A DNA stretch of 64,000 bases from NCBI GenBank assembly GCA_023511835.1, contig JAIMAT010000001.1:19142-83141 (forward strand), given 5' to 3'. Origin of the DNA: Bacillota bacterium. Its GTDB lineage: Bacteria > Bacillota > Sulfobacillia > JAIMAT01. Positions 46,514-55,311 of this stretch are shown here, piece after piece (the stretch's first letter is position 1; each line of letters begins with the position of its first letter). Made by a program: the position numbers and the translations under genes. The notes below the pieces were generated by a model. It saw only the letters and a list, made by a program, of their open reading frames with translations. It had not been told where the DNA came from and ran no database searches.

Positions 46514-49246
46514 CTAGAGGGCGCCCAGCTGGCGGAGGCGAAGGCGGAGGAGCGCGGCGGCCGCCTCCTTCTCCTCCACCGCCCGCCGGCTCCTCTCCAC
46601 CACCTCGGGCGGCGCCTTGCGCACGAAGCCGTCGCTGGCCAGCCGGGCGCGCTCGCGCCCCAGCTCCTCTTCCAGGCGCTCGAGCTCGCGGGCGAAGCGG
46701 GCGCGCAGCTCCTCGCGGTCGCCCAGGCCCTCCAGCGGCAGGATCAGCTCCGCCCCCCCGGCCACGTCGGCCAGGAAGCTGCCGGGCTCGGGCTCGGCGC
46801 CCGGCTGCACCGGCTCCAGGCCGCCCAGGCCGGCCAGCGTGCGGACCATGCGCGCCTCGTCCAGGAGCAGCCCGGCCCCCTCGCCGCGGACCAGGAAGCG
46901 CGGACGCGCGGAGGGCGCCAGGCGCAGTTCGCTGCGCAGGTTGCGCATGGCGCGGACGGCGGCCATGAGCCGCCCCATGGCTTCCTCGGCCGCGGCGTCC
47001 CGCCGCTCCTCGGCCGCCGGCCAGGCGGCGCCCATCAGGGCGGGGCCCCGGTGGGGCAGGTGCTGCCAGATCACCTCGCTGACGAAGGGCATGAAGGGAT
47101 GGAGGAGCCGCAGCGAGCGGTCGAGCAGGCCCAGGAGGACCCGTTGCGCCACGCCCCGGTCGGCTTCCGCCGCCTCGTCGCCGGCCTCCGGCCGCAGGCG
47201 CGGCTTGATGGCCTCCACATACCAGTCGCAGACCTCGCCCCAGAGGAAGTCGTACAGCTCCCGCGCCGCCTCGCCGAACTCGAACTGGCCGAGCCGCCGG
47301 TCGACCGCCTCCGTCACCGCCCCCAGGCGCGAGAGGATCCAGCGGTCTTCCAGGCGCAGCCCTTCCTCGGGCAGGAGCGGCAGGCCGTCCGCATCGAAGC
47401 CCGCCTTCAGGTCGCCCAGGTTGAGGCGCGCAAAGCGCGCCACGTTCCAGACCTTGTTGGCGAAGTTGCGGGCGCCCTCCACCTTCTCGCGCAGGAAGCG
47501 CTGGTCGTTGCCGGGCGAGACACCCACCACCAGGCTCCAGCGGAGCGCGTCGGCGCCGTAGACGTCGGCCACCTCCAGCGGGTCGACCCCGTTTCCGCGC
47601 GACTTGGACATCTTCCGCCCCTGCTCGTCGCGGATCAGCCCGTGCAGCACCACCGTCCGGAAGGGCACCTGGCCCATGAACTCGAGCCCCATGAAGAGCA
47701 TTCGCGCGACCCAGAAGAAAAGGATGTCATAGCCGGTGACCAGCACCGAGGTCGGGTAGTAGAGCTCCAGCTCCCGCGTCCGCTCGGGCCAGCCCAGCGT
47801 CGTGAAGGGCCAGAGCGCCGAGCTGAACCAGGTGTCGAGGACGTCGGGGTCCTGCTCCAGCTCCGTCGAGCCGCAGCGCGGGCAGCGCTCCGGCGCCTCG
47901 CGCGCCACCGTCAGCTGACCGCAGTGCGCGCAGGTCCAGGCCGGGATGCGGTGCCCCCACCAGATCTGGCGCGAGATGCACCAGTCGTGGAGGCCGTCAA
48001 GCCAGTTGAAGAAGATCCGCGTGAAGCGCTCGGGCACGAAGCGCACCTCGCCGCGCTCCACCGCCCGCCGTGCCTTGTCGGCCAGGGGCCCCACGCGGAC
48101 GAACCACTGGCGCGAGACGAGCGGCTCCACCACCGTACCGCAGCGGTAGCAGCGGCCGACCGCCTGCTCGTAGCGCTCCTCCCCCGCCAGGAAGCCCCGC
48201 CGGCGCAGCTCTTCCACCACCGCCTCGCGCGCCGCGAAGCGCTCCATCCCCGCGAAGCGCCCGGCCTCGGCGGTCAGCCGGCCTTCCTCGTCGATCACCT
48301 GGACCGGCTCCAGGCCGTGGCGCCGGCCGATCTCGAAGTCGTCGGGGTCGTGCGCCGGCGTCACCTTCAGGGCCCCGGTACCGAAGTCCGGGTCGACCGC
48401 CTCGTCGGCGATCACGGGAAGCTTCCGGTCCACGAGCGGGTGGCGCAGGGCGCGGCCCACCAGGTGGCGGTAGCGCCCGTCGCCGGGATGGACGGCCACC
48501 GCCACGTCGCCGAACATGGTCTCCGGGCGGGCCGTGGCCACCTCCAGCGCCTCGCCGCTCTCGCGCCCCTCCCCGTCCAGCAAGGGGTAGCGGACACGGT
48601 AGAGGCGGCCCTCCGCCGGCTCGTGCTCCACCTCGATGTCCGCCAGGGCGGTGCCACAGTCGGGGCACCACTGGATGATGTAGTCGCCGCGGTAGATCAG
48701 GCCCCGCTCCCAGAGGCGCACGAAGACCTCGCGCACGGCGCGGGAGAGCCCCTCGTCCATGGTGAAGCGGAGGCGGCTCCAGTCGGGCGAGGCGCCCATC
48801 CGCCGCAGCTGGCGGAGGATGTTCGCCTCGTACTCGTCCTTCCAGCGCCAGACCCGCTCCACGAAGGCCTCGCGTCCCAGGCTGCGCCGGTCGAGCCCCT
48901 CCTCCGCCAGGCGCACCTCCACCACGTGCTGGGTGGCGATGCCGGCGTGGTCGGTGCCCGGCTGCCAGAGGGTGGCGTCGCCGCGCATCCGGTGCCAGCG
49001 GACGAGGATGTCCTGGAGCGTGTTGTCCATGGCGTGGCCCATGTGCAGGTTGCCGGTCACGTTGGGCGGCGGCATGACGATCGAGAAGCGCTCGCCCGTC
49101 CGGCTCCGCCCCCCCTCGGGCGCCCGGTAGAGGCCGGCCTCCTCCCAGATGCGGGCGGCCTCGGGCTCGCCCTCGGCCGGGTTCCACGCCTTCGGCAGCT
49201 CCTCCGCCACCTCTTCGGCGGCCAGGCCTTTCCGTCTCTCCTCCAT
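46514..49246 (-). CDS. valS: valine--tRNA ligase
   Basis: PPNVTGNLHMGHA (HIGH), ...KMSKSRGN (KMSKS), editing/CP1 and anticodon-binding domains, C-terminal coiled coil; 910 aa. Confidence 0.9.
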   Translation of the reverse strand: MEERRKGLAAEEVAEELPKAWNPAEGEPEAARIWEEAGLYRAPEGGRSRTGERFSIVMPPPNVTGNLHMGHAMDNTLQDILVRWHRMRGDATLWQPGTDHAGIATQHVVEVRLAEEGLDRRSLGREAFVERVWRWKDEYEANILRQLRRMGASPDWSRLRFTMDEGLSRAVREVFVRLWERGLIYRGDYIIQWCPDCGTALADIEVEHEPAEGRLYRVRYPLLDGEGRESGEALEVATARPETMFGDVAVAVHPGDGRYRHLVGRALRHPLVDRKLPVIADEAVDPDFGTGALKVTPAHDPDDFEIGRRHGLEPVQVIDEEGRLTAEAGRFAGMERFAAREAVVEELRRRGFLAGEERYEQAVGRCYRCGTVVEPLVSRQWFVRVGPLADKARRAVERGEVRFVPERFTRIFFNWLDGLHDWCISRQIWWGHRIPAWTCAHCGQLTVAREAPERCPRCGSTELEQDPDVLDTWFSSALWPFTTLGWPERTRELELYYPTSVLVTGYDILFFWVARMLFMGLEFMGQVPFRTVVLHGLIRDEQGRKMSKSRGNGVDPLEVADVYGADALRWSLVVGVSPGNDQRFLREKVEGARNFANKVWNVARFARLNLGDLKAGFDADGLPLLPEEGLRLEDRWILSRLGAVTEAVDRRLGQFEFGEAARELYDFLWGEVCDWYVEAIKPRLRPEAGDEAAEADRGVAQRVLLGLLDRSLRLLHPFMPFVSEVIWQHLPHRGPALMGAAWPAAEERRDAAAEEAMGRLMAAVRAMRNLRSELRLAPSARPRFLVRGEGAGLLLDEARMVRTLAGLGGLEPVQPGAEPEPGSFLADVAGGAELILPLEGLGDREELRARFARELERLEEELGRERARLASDGFVRKAPPEVVERSRRAVEEKEAAAALLRLRLRQLGAL

Positions 49247-49580
49247 CCTCGACCCCGCCTCCCAAAGGAAAGGGTCCCTCCGTGAAGGACGGAGGGACCC
49301 GCGGTACCACCTTCGTTCCCGCGCCGGCTCGTTCCGGCGCGGGCTCTCGACCCGGTATCGGCGGGCCGCCGGGCCACCCGGGGTGGCCGGCCTCGCGGGC
49401 GACCTTCGGGCGTTTCACCGGGCGGGCTTCCAGCCTCGGCCGCGCGGCCTCGACCCGCCTCTCTGCGACGGCTCCACGCCGTACTCCTCCCGCTCCTCGG
49501 CCTCTGGCCTCTCTGGCGTCGCGGCGGCCGGGCCGCCGCGGAGTGTGCCTTATTCTAGGAAGCGCCGCCCGCGCCGTCAA
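49247..49580 (-). promoter_or_regulatory. valS promoter (TTGACG - 17 bp - TAGAAT) and T-box riboswitch leader with terminator hairpin
   Basis: Minus strand: -35 TTGACG (49580..49575), -10 TAGAAT (49557..49552). T-box conserved sequence AAGGTGGTACCGCGGG (~49315..49298). Perfect terminator GGGTCCCTCCGT-CCTT-CACGGAGGGACCC (49300..49272) followed by a TTTCCTTT run, then RBS GGGAGG and the valS ATG. Confidence 0.65.
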
Positions 49581-49614
49581 CCGGCTGCACCCTGCCGGCG
49601 GGCGCCCCCGGCGC

Positions 49615-50505
49615 TCAAGAGTAGAGCAGCCCCAGTTCGCGGGCGCGGGCCGCCGCCCGCCCCACCGCCGCCTCCAGCGCCTGGCGGAAGCCCCGCTGTT
49701 CCAGGGCGGCCAGCCCCGCCATGGTCGTCCCGTTGGGCGAGGTGACCTCCTCGCGCAGCCGGGCCGGATCCTCGCCCCGCTCCAGCGCCATCTTGGCCGC
49801 GCCGAAGACCGTCTGCAGCGCCAGCTCCCGGGCCACGCCGTACTCCAGCCCTTCCTTGACGCCGGCGGCGATCAGCGCCTCGAGGAGGAGGAAGACGTAC
49901 GCCGGGCCGCTTCCCGACAGGCCGGTGACGGCGTCCAGCGCCTCCTCCCCCACCTCCACCACCCGGCCCACACCGGCGAAGAGCTGCCGGGCCAGCGCCA
50001 GCTCGCGCGGCCCGGCCAGCCGCCCCGCGGCCAGCGCGGTCGCCCCCTCGCCCACCCGGCTGGGGGTGTTGGGCATGGCGCGCACCACGGGCAGCTCGCG
50101 CCCCAGGCGGGCCAGGATGGCCTCTGTGGGCAGGCCGGCCACCACGCTGACCAGGGCGGCGCCCTCGCGCACGTGGGGCCGCAGCTGGGCCAGAGCCTCG
50201 GCCGCGTCGGCCGGCTTGACCGCCAGCACCAAGAGGTCCGCCTCGGCCAGGGCGGCCTTCTCCCGCGTCGCCCTCACCCCCCAGTGCGCAGCCAGATGCT
50301 CCAGCCGGGCGCGGTTCGAGCGGTTGTTCACCAGGATGCGCTCGGGCCGCAGGCGCCCGCCGCCCACCAGTCCCGCCAGGAGCGCCTCCGCCATCTCGCC
50401 GGCTCCCACCAGGCCGAGGCGGATGGACTCCAGGCCGGGCGTCGTCCGCCCGACCGCCTCCTCCTCGGGCTCCCCCGTCATCCGTCGCACCGCATCCACC
50501 CCGGT
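49615..50505 (-). CDS. proC: pyrroline-5-carboxylate reductase
   Basis: IRLGLVGAGEMAEALLAGL (NADP Rossmann), ...LVLAVKPADAAEAL..., C-terminal ...LREEVTSPNGTTMAGLAALEQRGF (P5CR dimerisation signature). Start uncertain (GTG ~50505 or ATG 50484). Confidence 0.8.
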   Translation of the reverse strand, partial: TGVDAVRRMTGEPEEEAVGRTTPGLESIRLGLVGAGEMAEALLAGLVGGGRLRPERILVNNRSNRARLEHLAAHWGVRATREKAALAEADLLVLAVKPADAAEALAQLRPHVREGAALVSVVAGLPTEAILARLGRELPVVRAMPNTPSRVGEGATALAAGRLAGPRELALARQLFAGVGRVVEVGEEALDAVTGLSGSGPAYVFLLLEALIAAGVKEGLEYGVARELALQTVFGAAKMALERGEDPARLREEVTSPNGTTMAGLAALEQRGFRQALEAAVGRAAARARELGLLYS

Positions 50506-50577
50506 CGCCCCCTTCCTCCGCCTGCGTCTCGCGAGCGGCCCCGTCCGCCCTTCCGGCTCCGCGGCCATGCTCCGCGA

Positions 50578-50868
50578 CGAAAAAAGAGGCCCCCCGCCCG
50601 CAAGGACGGAGGACCCCGTGGTACCACCTTGCTTGGAGGACGGAGCGGCGCCGGCCCGCCAAGCCGGCAGCCTGGCCCATCCCCCCGCTCATGTGCCCGT
50701 ATCGCGGGCCTGCGGGCGGCTCCTCGCCGCCTCCTCCCGGGCGGGTTCGGAACGGCCGGCCTTCCAGCCGCGGACCGGCTCTCTGGGCGTCCCTTCGCTC
50801 CCGTTCATCGGCTTGCGTAGGAAGGTTTCGGTGAAAGGCACTATAGCCGCTCTCCGCCCGGGCGTCAA
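50578..50868 (-). promoter_or_regulatory. proC promoter (TTGACG - 17 bp - TATAGT) and T-box riboswitch leader with intrinsic terminator
   Basis: Minus strand: -35 TTGACG (50868..50863), -10 TATAGT (50845..50840). T-box sequence AAGGTGGTACCACGG (~50628..50614). Terminator GGUCCUCCGUCC-UUGC-GGGCGGGGGGCC (12 bp with 3 G-U pairs) followed by UCUUUUUUCG. Proline-responsive T-boxes upstream of proline biosynthesis genes are established in Bacillus. Confidence 0.6.
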
Positions 50869-50951
50869 CGGCGCCTTCCGTCGCCCGTGCCGGCAGCCCG
50901 GCCGCCGGCGCGCGGCCCCCGCCTGGCTCGCCCGCCGCCGGCCCGCCCCGC

Positions 50952-51620
50952 TCAGCGGAACGGGAAGAGCGCCATGGCCGCCATGTCCCAGAGCGCGTGC
51001 GAGATCAGGTTGGGCCAGAGCCGGTGGAAGAGGCGGTACATGAGCGACCAGACCAGTCCCGCCGCCAAGGCGGCCAGGATGAGCATCGGGTTGCCCGTCG
51101 ACAGGTGGATGCCCGTGTAGAGCACGACGGTCAGGAGCATCGCCCGGTTCTCGCCCAGGCGCGCCTCCAGCTGGCGCTGCACCCAGCCCCGCCAGAAGAT
51201 CTCCTCCCCCGGACCGATGAGGAGGAGGAGCAGGAGCGCCACCAAGCCCACCGGGGTGCCGTGGCGGATGGCGTAGATGGCGCCGATCTGGAGCCCGGCC
51301 CCCGGCAGCAGGCGTCGCGAGAGGAGGTTGCCCAGGGCGAAGAGGGCGTAGAGCAGCGCCGCCGATCCCGCGCCCAGGACCGCATCGCCCGCCGTCGGAC
51401 GCCGGTGCTCGAAGGGGTTGCCCGCGAAGGCCAGCGAGATGGCGATCAGCGCCCCCTGGGTGAGGCTCATCAGCAGCCAGAAGTTGAGCGGCCGCCAGAC
51501 GAACATGACCGCCCAGAGCAGGGCGGCGAAGAGCCAGCTGGCCGCCAGCTTCCAGGCGAAGGAGCCGTCCGTGGCGGCGCCGGACCGCCGGTCGCCCGCG
51601 CCCGCTGCGGGCCATCTCAC
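50952..51620 (-). CDS. CPBP-family (CAAX protease/bacteriocin-processing type) intramembrane metalloprotease
   Basis: GEEIFWRGWVQ (EExxxR motif 1), ...YTGIHLS... (motif 2 FxxxH), ISHALWDMAAM (motif 3 HxxxD/N); several TM helices. GTG start overlaps the upstream stop (GTGA). Confidence 0.7.
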   Translation of the reverse strand: MRWPAAGAGDRRSGAATDGSFAWKLAASWLFAALLWAVMFVWRPLNFWLLMSLTQGALIAISLAFAGNPFEHRRPTAGDAVLGAGSAALLYALFALGNLLSRRLLPGAGLQIGAIYAIRHGTPVGLVALLLLLLIGPGEEIFWRGWVQRQLEARLGENRAMLLTVVLYTGIHLSTGNPMLILAALAAGLVWSLMYRLFHRLWPNLISHALWDMAAMALFPFR

Positions 51621-52528
51621 AGGCCGACCCCCCCCAGGAGGGCGGGAAGTCCCGTGCCCAGCGCCAGGAGCAGCCCGAAGACCATGTGCAGCCGGGCGCT
51701 GAGCGGCTCCACGGGCAGGAGCTCCCGCTCGTCGGCCAGCCCCCGCGTCACGTGCCGCCAGGGTTCCGCCGCCGCCGGCAGGCTGAGGAGGACGAGAAGC
51801 GCGGTCCAGGGTAGCGCCTGCAGGGCGGCCAGGAGCAGGACCACCCCGTAGGCGCCCGCAAGCAGGAACCGGTAGATCCAGGCCGAGGTTGGCAGGCCCA
51901 CCAGGCCGGCCAGGGTGGCGATGCCGGCACGGCGGTCGAGGGCCAGGTCGCGCATGTCGTTCCCGTGCAGGATGGCCGCCACCAGGAAGCCGACCGGCAG
52001 CGACGTCCAGACCGGGAGGAGGTCGAAGCGCCCCGACTGGACCATGAACGAGGCGAGCACCTCCAGCGGCCCCATCAGCAGAAAGACCAGCGGCACACCC
52101 AGCGCCAGGTACTTGTACCCCTTGGGCCCGGCCGTGTACAGGTAGCCCGCCAGCGCCCCCAGAGCCCCCAGCCCAAGCACCCAGAGCGTGGAGCGGACGG
52201 CCAGCCAGAGGCCGATGACCAACGCAGCCACCAGGCTGGCCACGCCGGCGCGGAAGGCGGTCCGCGCGGGCAGCCGCCCCTCCAGGACCACGCGGCTGGC
52301 CCCGGCCGTCTCCGCGGTGTCGACGCCGCGCTCCACGTCCACCACTTCGTTGACGATGTTGGTGCCGATCTGGAGCAGCACCGCGCCCACCAGCGTGAGC
52401 AGAAGCTCGGGGAGCCGGAAGAAGCCCAGGTCGGCCGCCACCGCCGCCCCGACCAGCACCGGCACTACCGAGGCCGTCCAGCTGAAGGGGCGGGCGATCT
52501 CCCACCAGTCGCGCAAGCTGCCTCTCAT
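51617..52528 (-). CDS. UbiA-superfamily aromatic prenyltransferase (MenA-like 1,4-dihydroxy-2-naphthoate polyprenyltransferase)
   Basis: NIVNEVVDVERGVD (NxxxDxxxD-type Asp-rich motif 1), second Asp-rich region NDMRDLALDRRAG, ~8-9 TM helices. ATG overlaps the upstream tetR stop (ATGA). Confidence 0.8.
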   Translation of the reverse strand: MRGSLRDWWEIARPFSWTASVVPVLVGAAVAADLGFFRLPELLLTLVGAVLLQIGTNIVNEVVDVERGVDTAETAGASRVVLEGRLPARTAFRAGVASLVAALVIGLWLAVRSTLWVLGLGALGALAGYLYTAGPKGYKYLALGVPLVFLLMGPLEVLASFMVQSGRFDLLPVWTSLPVGFLVAAILHGNDMRDLALDRRAGIATLAGLVGLPTSAWIYRFLLAGAYGVVLLLAALQALPWTALLVLLSLPAAAEPWRHVTRGLADERELLPVEPLSARLHMVFGLLLALGTGLPALLGGVGL

Positions 52529-53151
52529 GCTCCCCCGCGCCCCCGCAGCCTCCCGTCCCCGTCCGCCGCCGGCTCGCGCGCCGGGGCGGGAAGCAGGCCG
52601 ATCCCGCGCAGGGCGAAGGGGGCCAGCTCCCCCAGGGAGGCCTGAAGATCGGCCGGCCGGCCGCCCATCAGCCAGCGCACGGCCAGCGCCTCCAGCATCC
52701 CCAGGAGCGCGGTGGCCACCGTCTCCGTCTCCCGCACGGCCAGCCGCCCCTCGCCGGCCAGCTCGTCGAGACCGGCACGGATCCGGGCGATGAGCCGCTC
52801 CTTGACCGCCTGCTGCCGCCGGCGGGGTGCCTCGCCGCCCACCGGTGCCTCGACCAGGACGATCCAGGCCAGGTCCCGGTGCTCGGCCAGGGTGCCCAGC
52901 ACCGCGGCCAACGCCGCCTCGACCCGGGCGGCCGCTCCGCGCCGCTCCGCCAACGCCCGTTCCATGGCCTGCGCCAGGAGGCCGCCGAGGCGGTCGATCA
53001 GTTCGAGGAGCAGCTCCTCCTTGGAGGTGAAGTAGTGATAGAAAGCGCCTTTGGAGGCGCCCGCCCGGCGGACCACATCCTCCACCCGGGCGCCGTGGTA
53101 GCCGCGTTCCGCCAGCACCTGCTCGGCCGCGCGGAGAAGCCGGTCGCGCAT
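52525..53151 (-). CDS. TetR/AcrR-family transcriptional regulator
   Basis: MRDRLLRAAEQVLAERGYHGARVEDVVRRAGASKGAFYHYFTSKEELLLELI: TetR N-terminal HTH. Start taken at the internal ATG; the 45-codon upstream extension is rejected as low-complexity. Confidence 0.75.
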   Translation of the reverse strand: MRDRLLRAAEQVLAERGYHGARVEDVVRRAGASKGAFYHYFTSKEELLLELIDRLGGLLAQAMERALAERRGAAARVEAALAAVLGTLAEHRDLAWIVLVEAPVGGEAPRRRQQAVKERLIARIRAGLDELAGEGRLAVRETETVATALLGMLEALAVRWLMGGRPADLQASLGELAPFALRGIGLLPAPAREPAADGDGRLRGRGGA

Positions 53152-53272
53152 CGGCGGCGTGGTCTCCCCCTGCGGGGAAGAGGCCCCCTCGCCAGGCTCC
53201 GCCGTCCGCGGTCGGCCCTCGCCGGATGCTCCCACGATGCGCCTCCCGGGGATCGACCGACCGGTCGGTCCC

Positions 53273-53830
53273 TTATCCGCTCCCATTCAACGCAGCCTCG
53301 CCGGCCGTGTCAACCGGCCCCTCCAAAGCGCGCGCCATCAGCAGGACGGCGCGGCCCTCCGCGGAGGAGCGGGCGGAGAGGATCCCCTCCAGGCGGAAGC
53401 CGACCGCCCGGTAGCAGCGGATGGCCCGCTCGTTGTCGGCGAAGACCCGCAGGTGGATGCGGCGGACGGAGGGGTCCGCGGAGACTTGCTCCAGCATCTG
53501 GCGGATGGCCTCGCGGCCGATGCCCCGCCCCCAGAGGTCGGTGCGGCCGATGCAGATCTGCATCTCCGCCGACCGGTCGTCCTCGTCCAGGTCATATAAT
53601 CCAAGGTAGCCGATGGGCTCTCCCGACCGTTCGATCATCCAGACGCGGTGCGGGAGTCGCTCCATCAGGTCGTAGCGGCCCCGCCGGGGGTGGCCGAGCC
53701 AGTACTCGACGGCCGGGTCCGCCTGCCAGCGGGCGATGAGAGCCTCCTCCCCGGGACGCCGGGGGCGGATCGTCACCGGCGCCGGTCCGCGGTCGGGAAG
53801 CGGTTGGGACAAGGGGCCACCCCTCTCCAT
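53273..53830 (-). CDS. GNAT-family N-acetyltransferase
   Basis: ...MQICIGRTDLWGRGIGREAIRQMLEQV... (acetyl-CoA-binding motif A) and ...IHLRVFADNERAIRCYRAVGFRLEG. Start codon uncertain. Confidence 0.7.
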   Translation of the reverse strand: MERGGPLSQPLPDRGPAPVTIRPRRPGEEALIARWQADPAVEYWLGHPRRGRYDLMERLPHRVWMIERSGEPIGYLGLYDLDEDDRSAEMQICIGRTDLWGRGIGREAIRQMLEQVSADPSVRRIHLRVFADNERAIRCYRAVGFRLEGILSARSSAEGRAVLLMARALEGPVDTAGEAALNGSG

Positions 53831-53995
53831 CGGGAGACGGCTCAAACCGCCGGCGATTCGCGTCGAACGCCGGTGAGGATTCGTTCCGCACCCGGCCTGC
53901 ACCTTCCGTCAAATCCGTCCAGGCGCTCCAGAGAGCCGGCTTTGGGAGGCGGGCGGCCCGCACCCGCCGCCGACCGGCAGAGCGGGGGTCGAAGC

Positions 53996-55303
53996 ATGGT
54001 CGACGATCGGCCGGAGAAGGCGGAGAAGCGCGAGAAGGTCTTACTCCTCGGAGTGGCCGCCGAGCGCGCCCGGGGCGAGGCCTCGCTGGAGGAGCTGGCG
54101 GCGCTGGTGGCCAGCGCCGGTGGCGAAGTGGTGGGGCGCGCGTTGCAGGTGCGCGACGAGCCCGACCCGCGCACCTACGCGGGCCGGGGCAAGGTGGCGG
54201 AGGCGGCCGCCGCCGCCCGGGAGGCGGGTGCCGAGCTGCTGGTCTGCGACGACGAGCTGACGCCCGCCCAGGCGCGCAACCTGGAGGAAGCCACCGGCCT
54301 GGCGGTGCTCGACCGCTCGGGCGTCATCCTGGACATCTTCGCCCGCCGTGCCCACACCCGCGAGGGGAAGCTCCAGGTGGAGCTGGCCCAGCACCTCTAC
54401 CGGCTGCCCCGGCTGGCGGGGCGGGGCACCTCGCTCTCGCGCCTGGGCGGCGGCATCGGCACGCGGGGCCCGGGCGAGACCAAGCTGGAGGCCGACCGCC
54501 GCGCCGTCCGCGAGCGGGTCGCGCACCTCCGGCGCGAGCTGGCCGAGGTGCGCCGCCAGCGCGAGCAGCAGCGCTCGCTGCGGCGGCGGGCGGCGCTTCC
54601 CGTGGCGGTGCTGGTGGGCTACACCAACGCCGGCAAGTCGACGCTGCGGGCGGCGCTGCTGGCCCGCTTCGCCGCCGGCCAGCCGGCCGAGGCCGAGCCC
54701 GCCGGCAACCCGCGCCTTTTCGACACGCTCGACCCGACCACGCGCCGCCTCAAGCTGCCCGGCGGCCAGGAGATCCTCCTCACCGACACGGTGGGCTTTG
54801 TGCGCAAGTTGCCGCACACGCTGGTGGCCGCCTTCCGGGCGACGCTGGAGGAGGTGGCGGCCGCCGACCTGATCGTGCACGTGCTGGACGCCGCCGACCC
54901 GGCCCGCGAGGAGCAGATGGAGGCGGTCCGCGCCGTGCTGGCCGAGATCGGCGCCCTGGAGCGGCCCTCGCTCCTGGTGGCCAACAAGGTCGACCTGCTG
55001 GCGGATCCTTACGCGCTGGTGGTTCCGCCGGGGGCGCTGCCGGTCTCGGCGCGGACCGGTGAGGGCGTCGAGCAGCTGGCCGCGGCCATGGAGCGTGCGC
55101 TCTCCGAGAGCCGCGTGCGCGCCCGCTTCGTCGTCCCCTACAACCGGGGCGAGCTGCTGGCGCTGCTGCACAGCCGCGGGAAGGTGCTGGAAGAGCGTTA
55201 TACCGCGGAGGGAACGGAGCTGGAGATCGAGATGGAGGACTGGCTGGCGGGGCGGATCGCCGCCGCCCTGGTACCGGCGCCGCTCAGGGGTGGGCGGCGC
55301 TGA
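53996..55303 (+). CDS. hflX: GTPase HflX
   Basis: N-terminal HflX domain (...LLVCDDELTPAQARNLEEATGLAVLDRSGVILDIFARRAHTREGKLQVELAQ...RLGGGIGTRGPGETKLE...), G-domain VGYTNAGKSTL...DTVGFVRKLPHTLVAAFRATLEE...ANKVDL. The 116-codon in-frame N-terminal extension in the ORF track is rejected. Confidence 0.9.
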   Translation: MVDDRPEKAEKREKVLLLGVAAERARGEASLEELAALVASAGGEVVGRALQVRDEPDPRTYAGRGKVAEAAAAAREAGAELLVCDDELTPAQARNLEEATGLAVLDRSGVILDIFARRAHTREGKLQVELAQHLYRLPRLAGRGTSLSRLGGGIGTRGPGETKLEADRRAVRERVAHLRRELAEVRRQREQQRSLRRRAALPVAVLVGYTNAGKSTLRAALLARFAAGQPAEAEPAGNPRLFDTLDPTTRRLKLPGGQEILLTDTVGFVRKLPHTLVAAFRATLEEVAAADLIVHVLDAADPAREEQMEAVRAVLAEIGALERPSLLVANKVDLLADPYALVVPPGALPVSARTGEGVEQLAAAMERALSESRVRARFVVPYNRGELLALLHSRGKVLEERYTAEGTELEIEMEDWLAGRIAAALVPAPLRGGRR

Positions 55304-55311
55304 GGGGGCCC

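Noticed and set aside
53648-53995. 116-codon in-frame N-terminal extension of hflX
   Set aside because: Low-complexity and antisense to the GNAT gene; HflX homology begins at the ATG at 53996.
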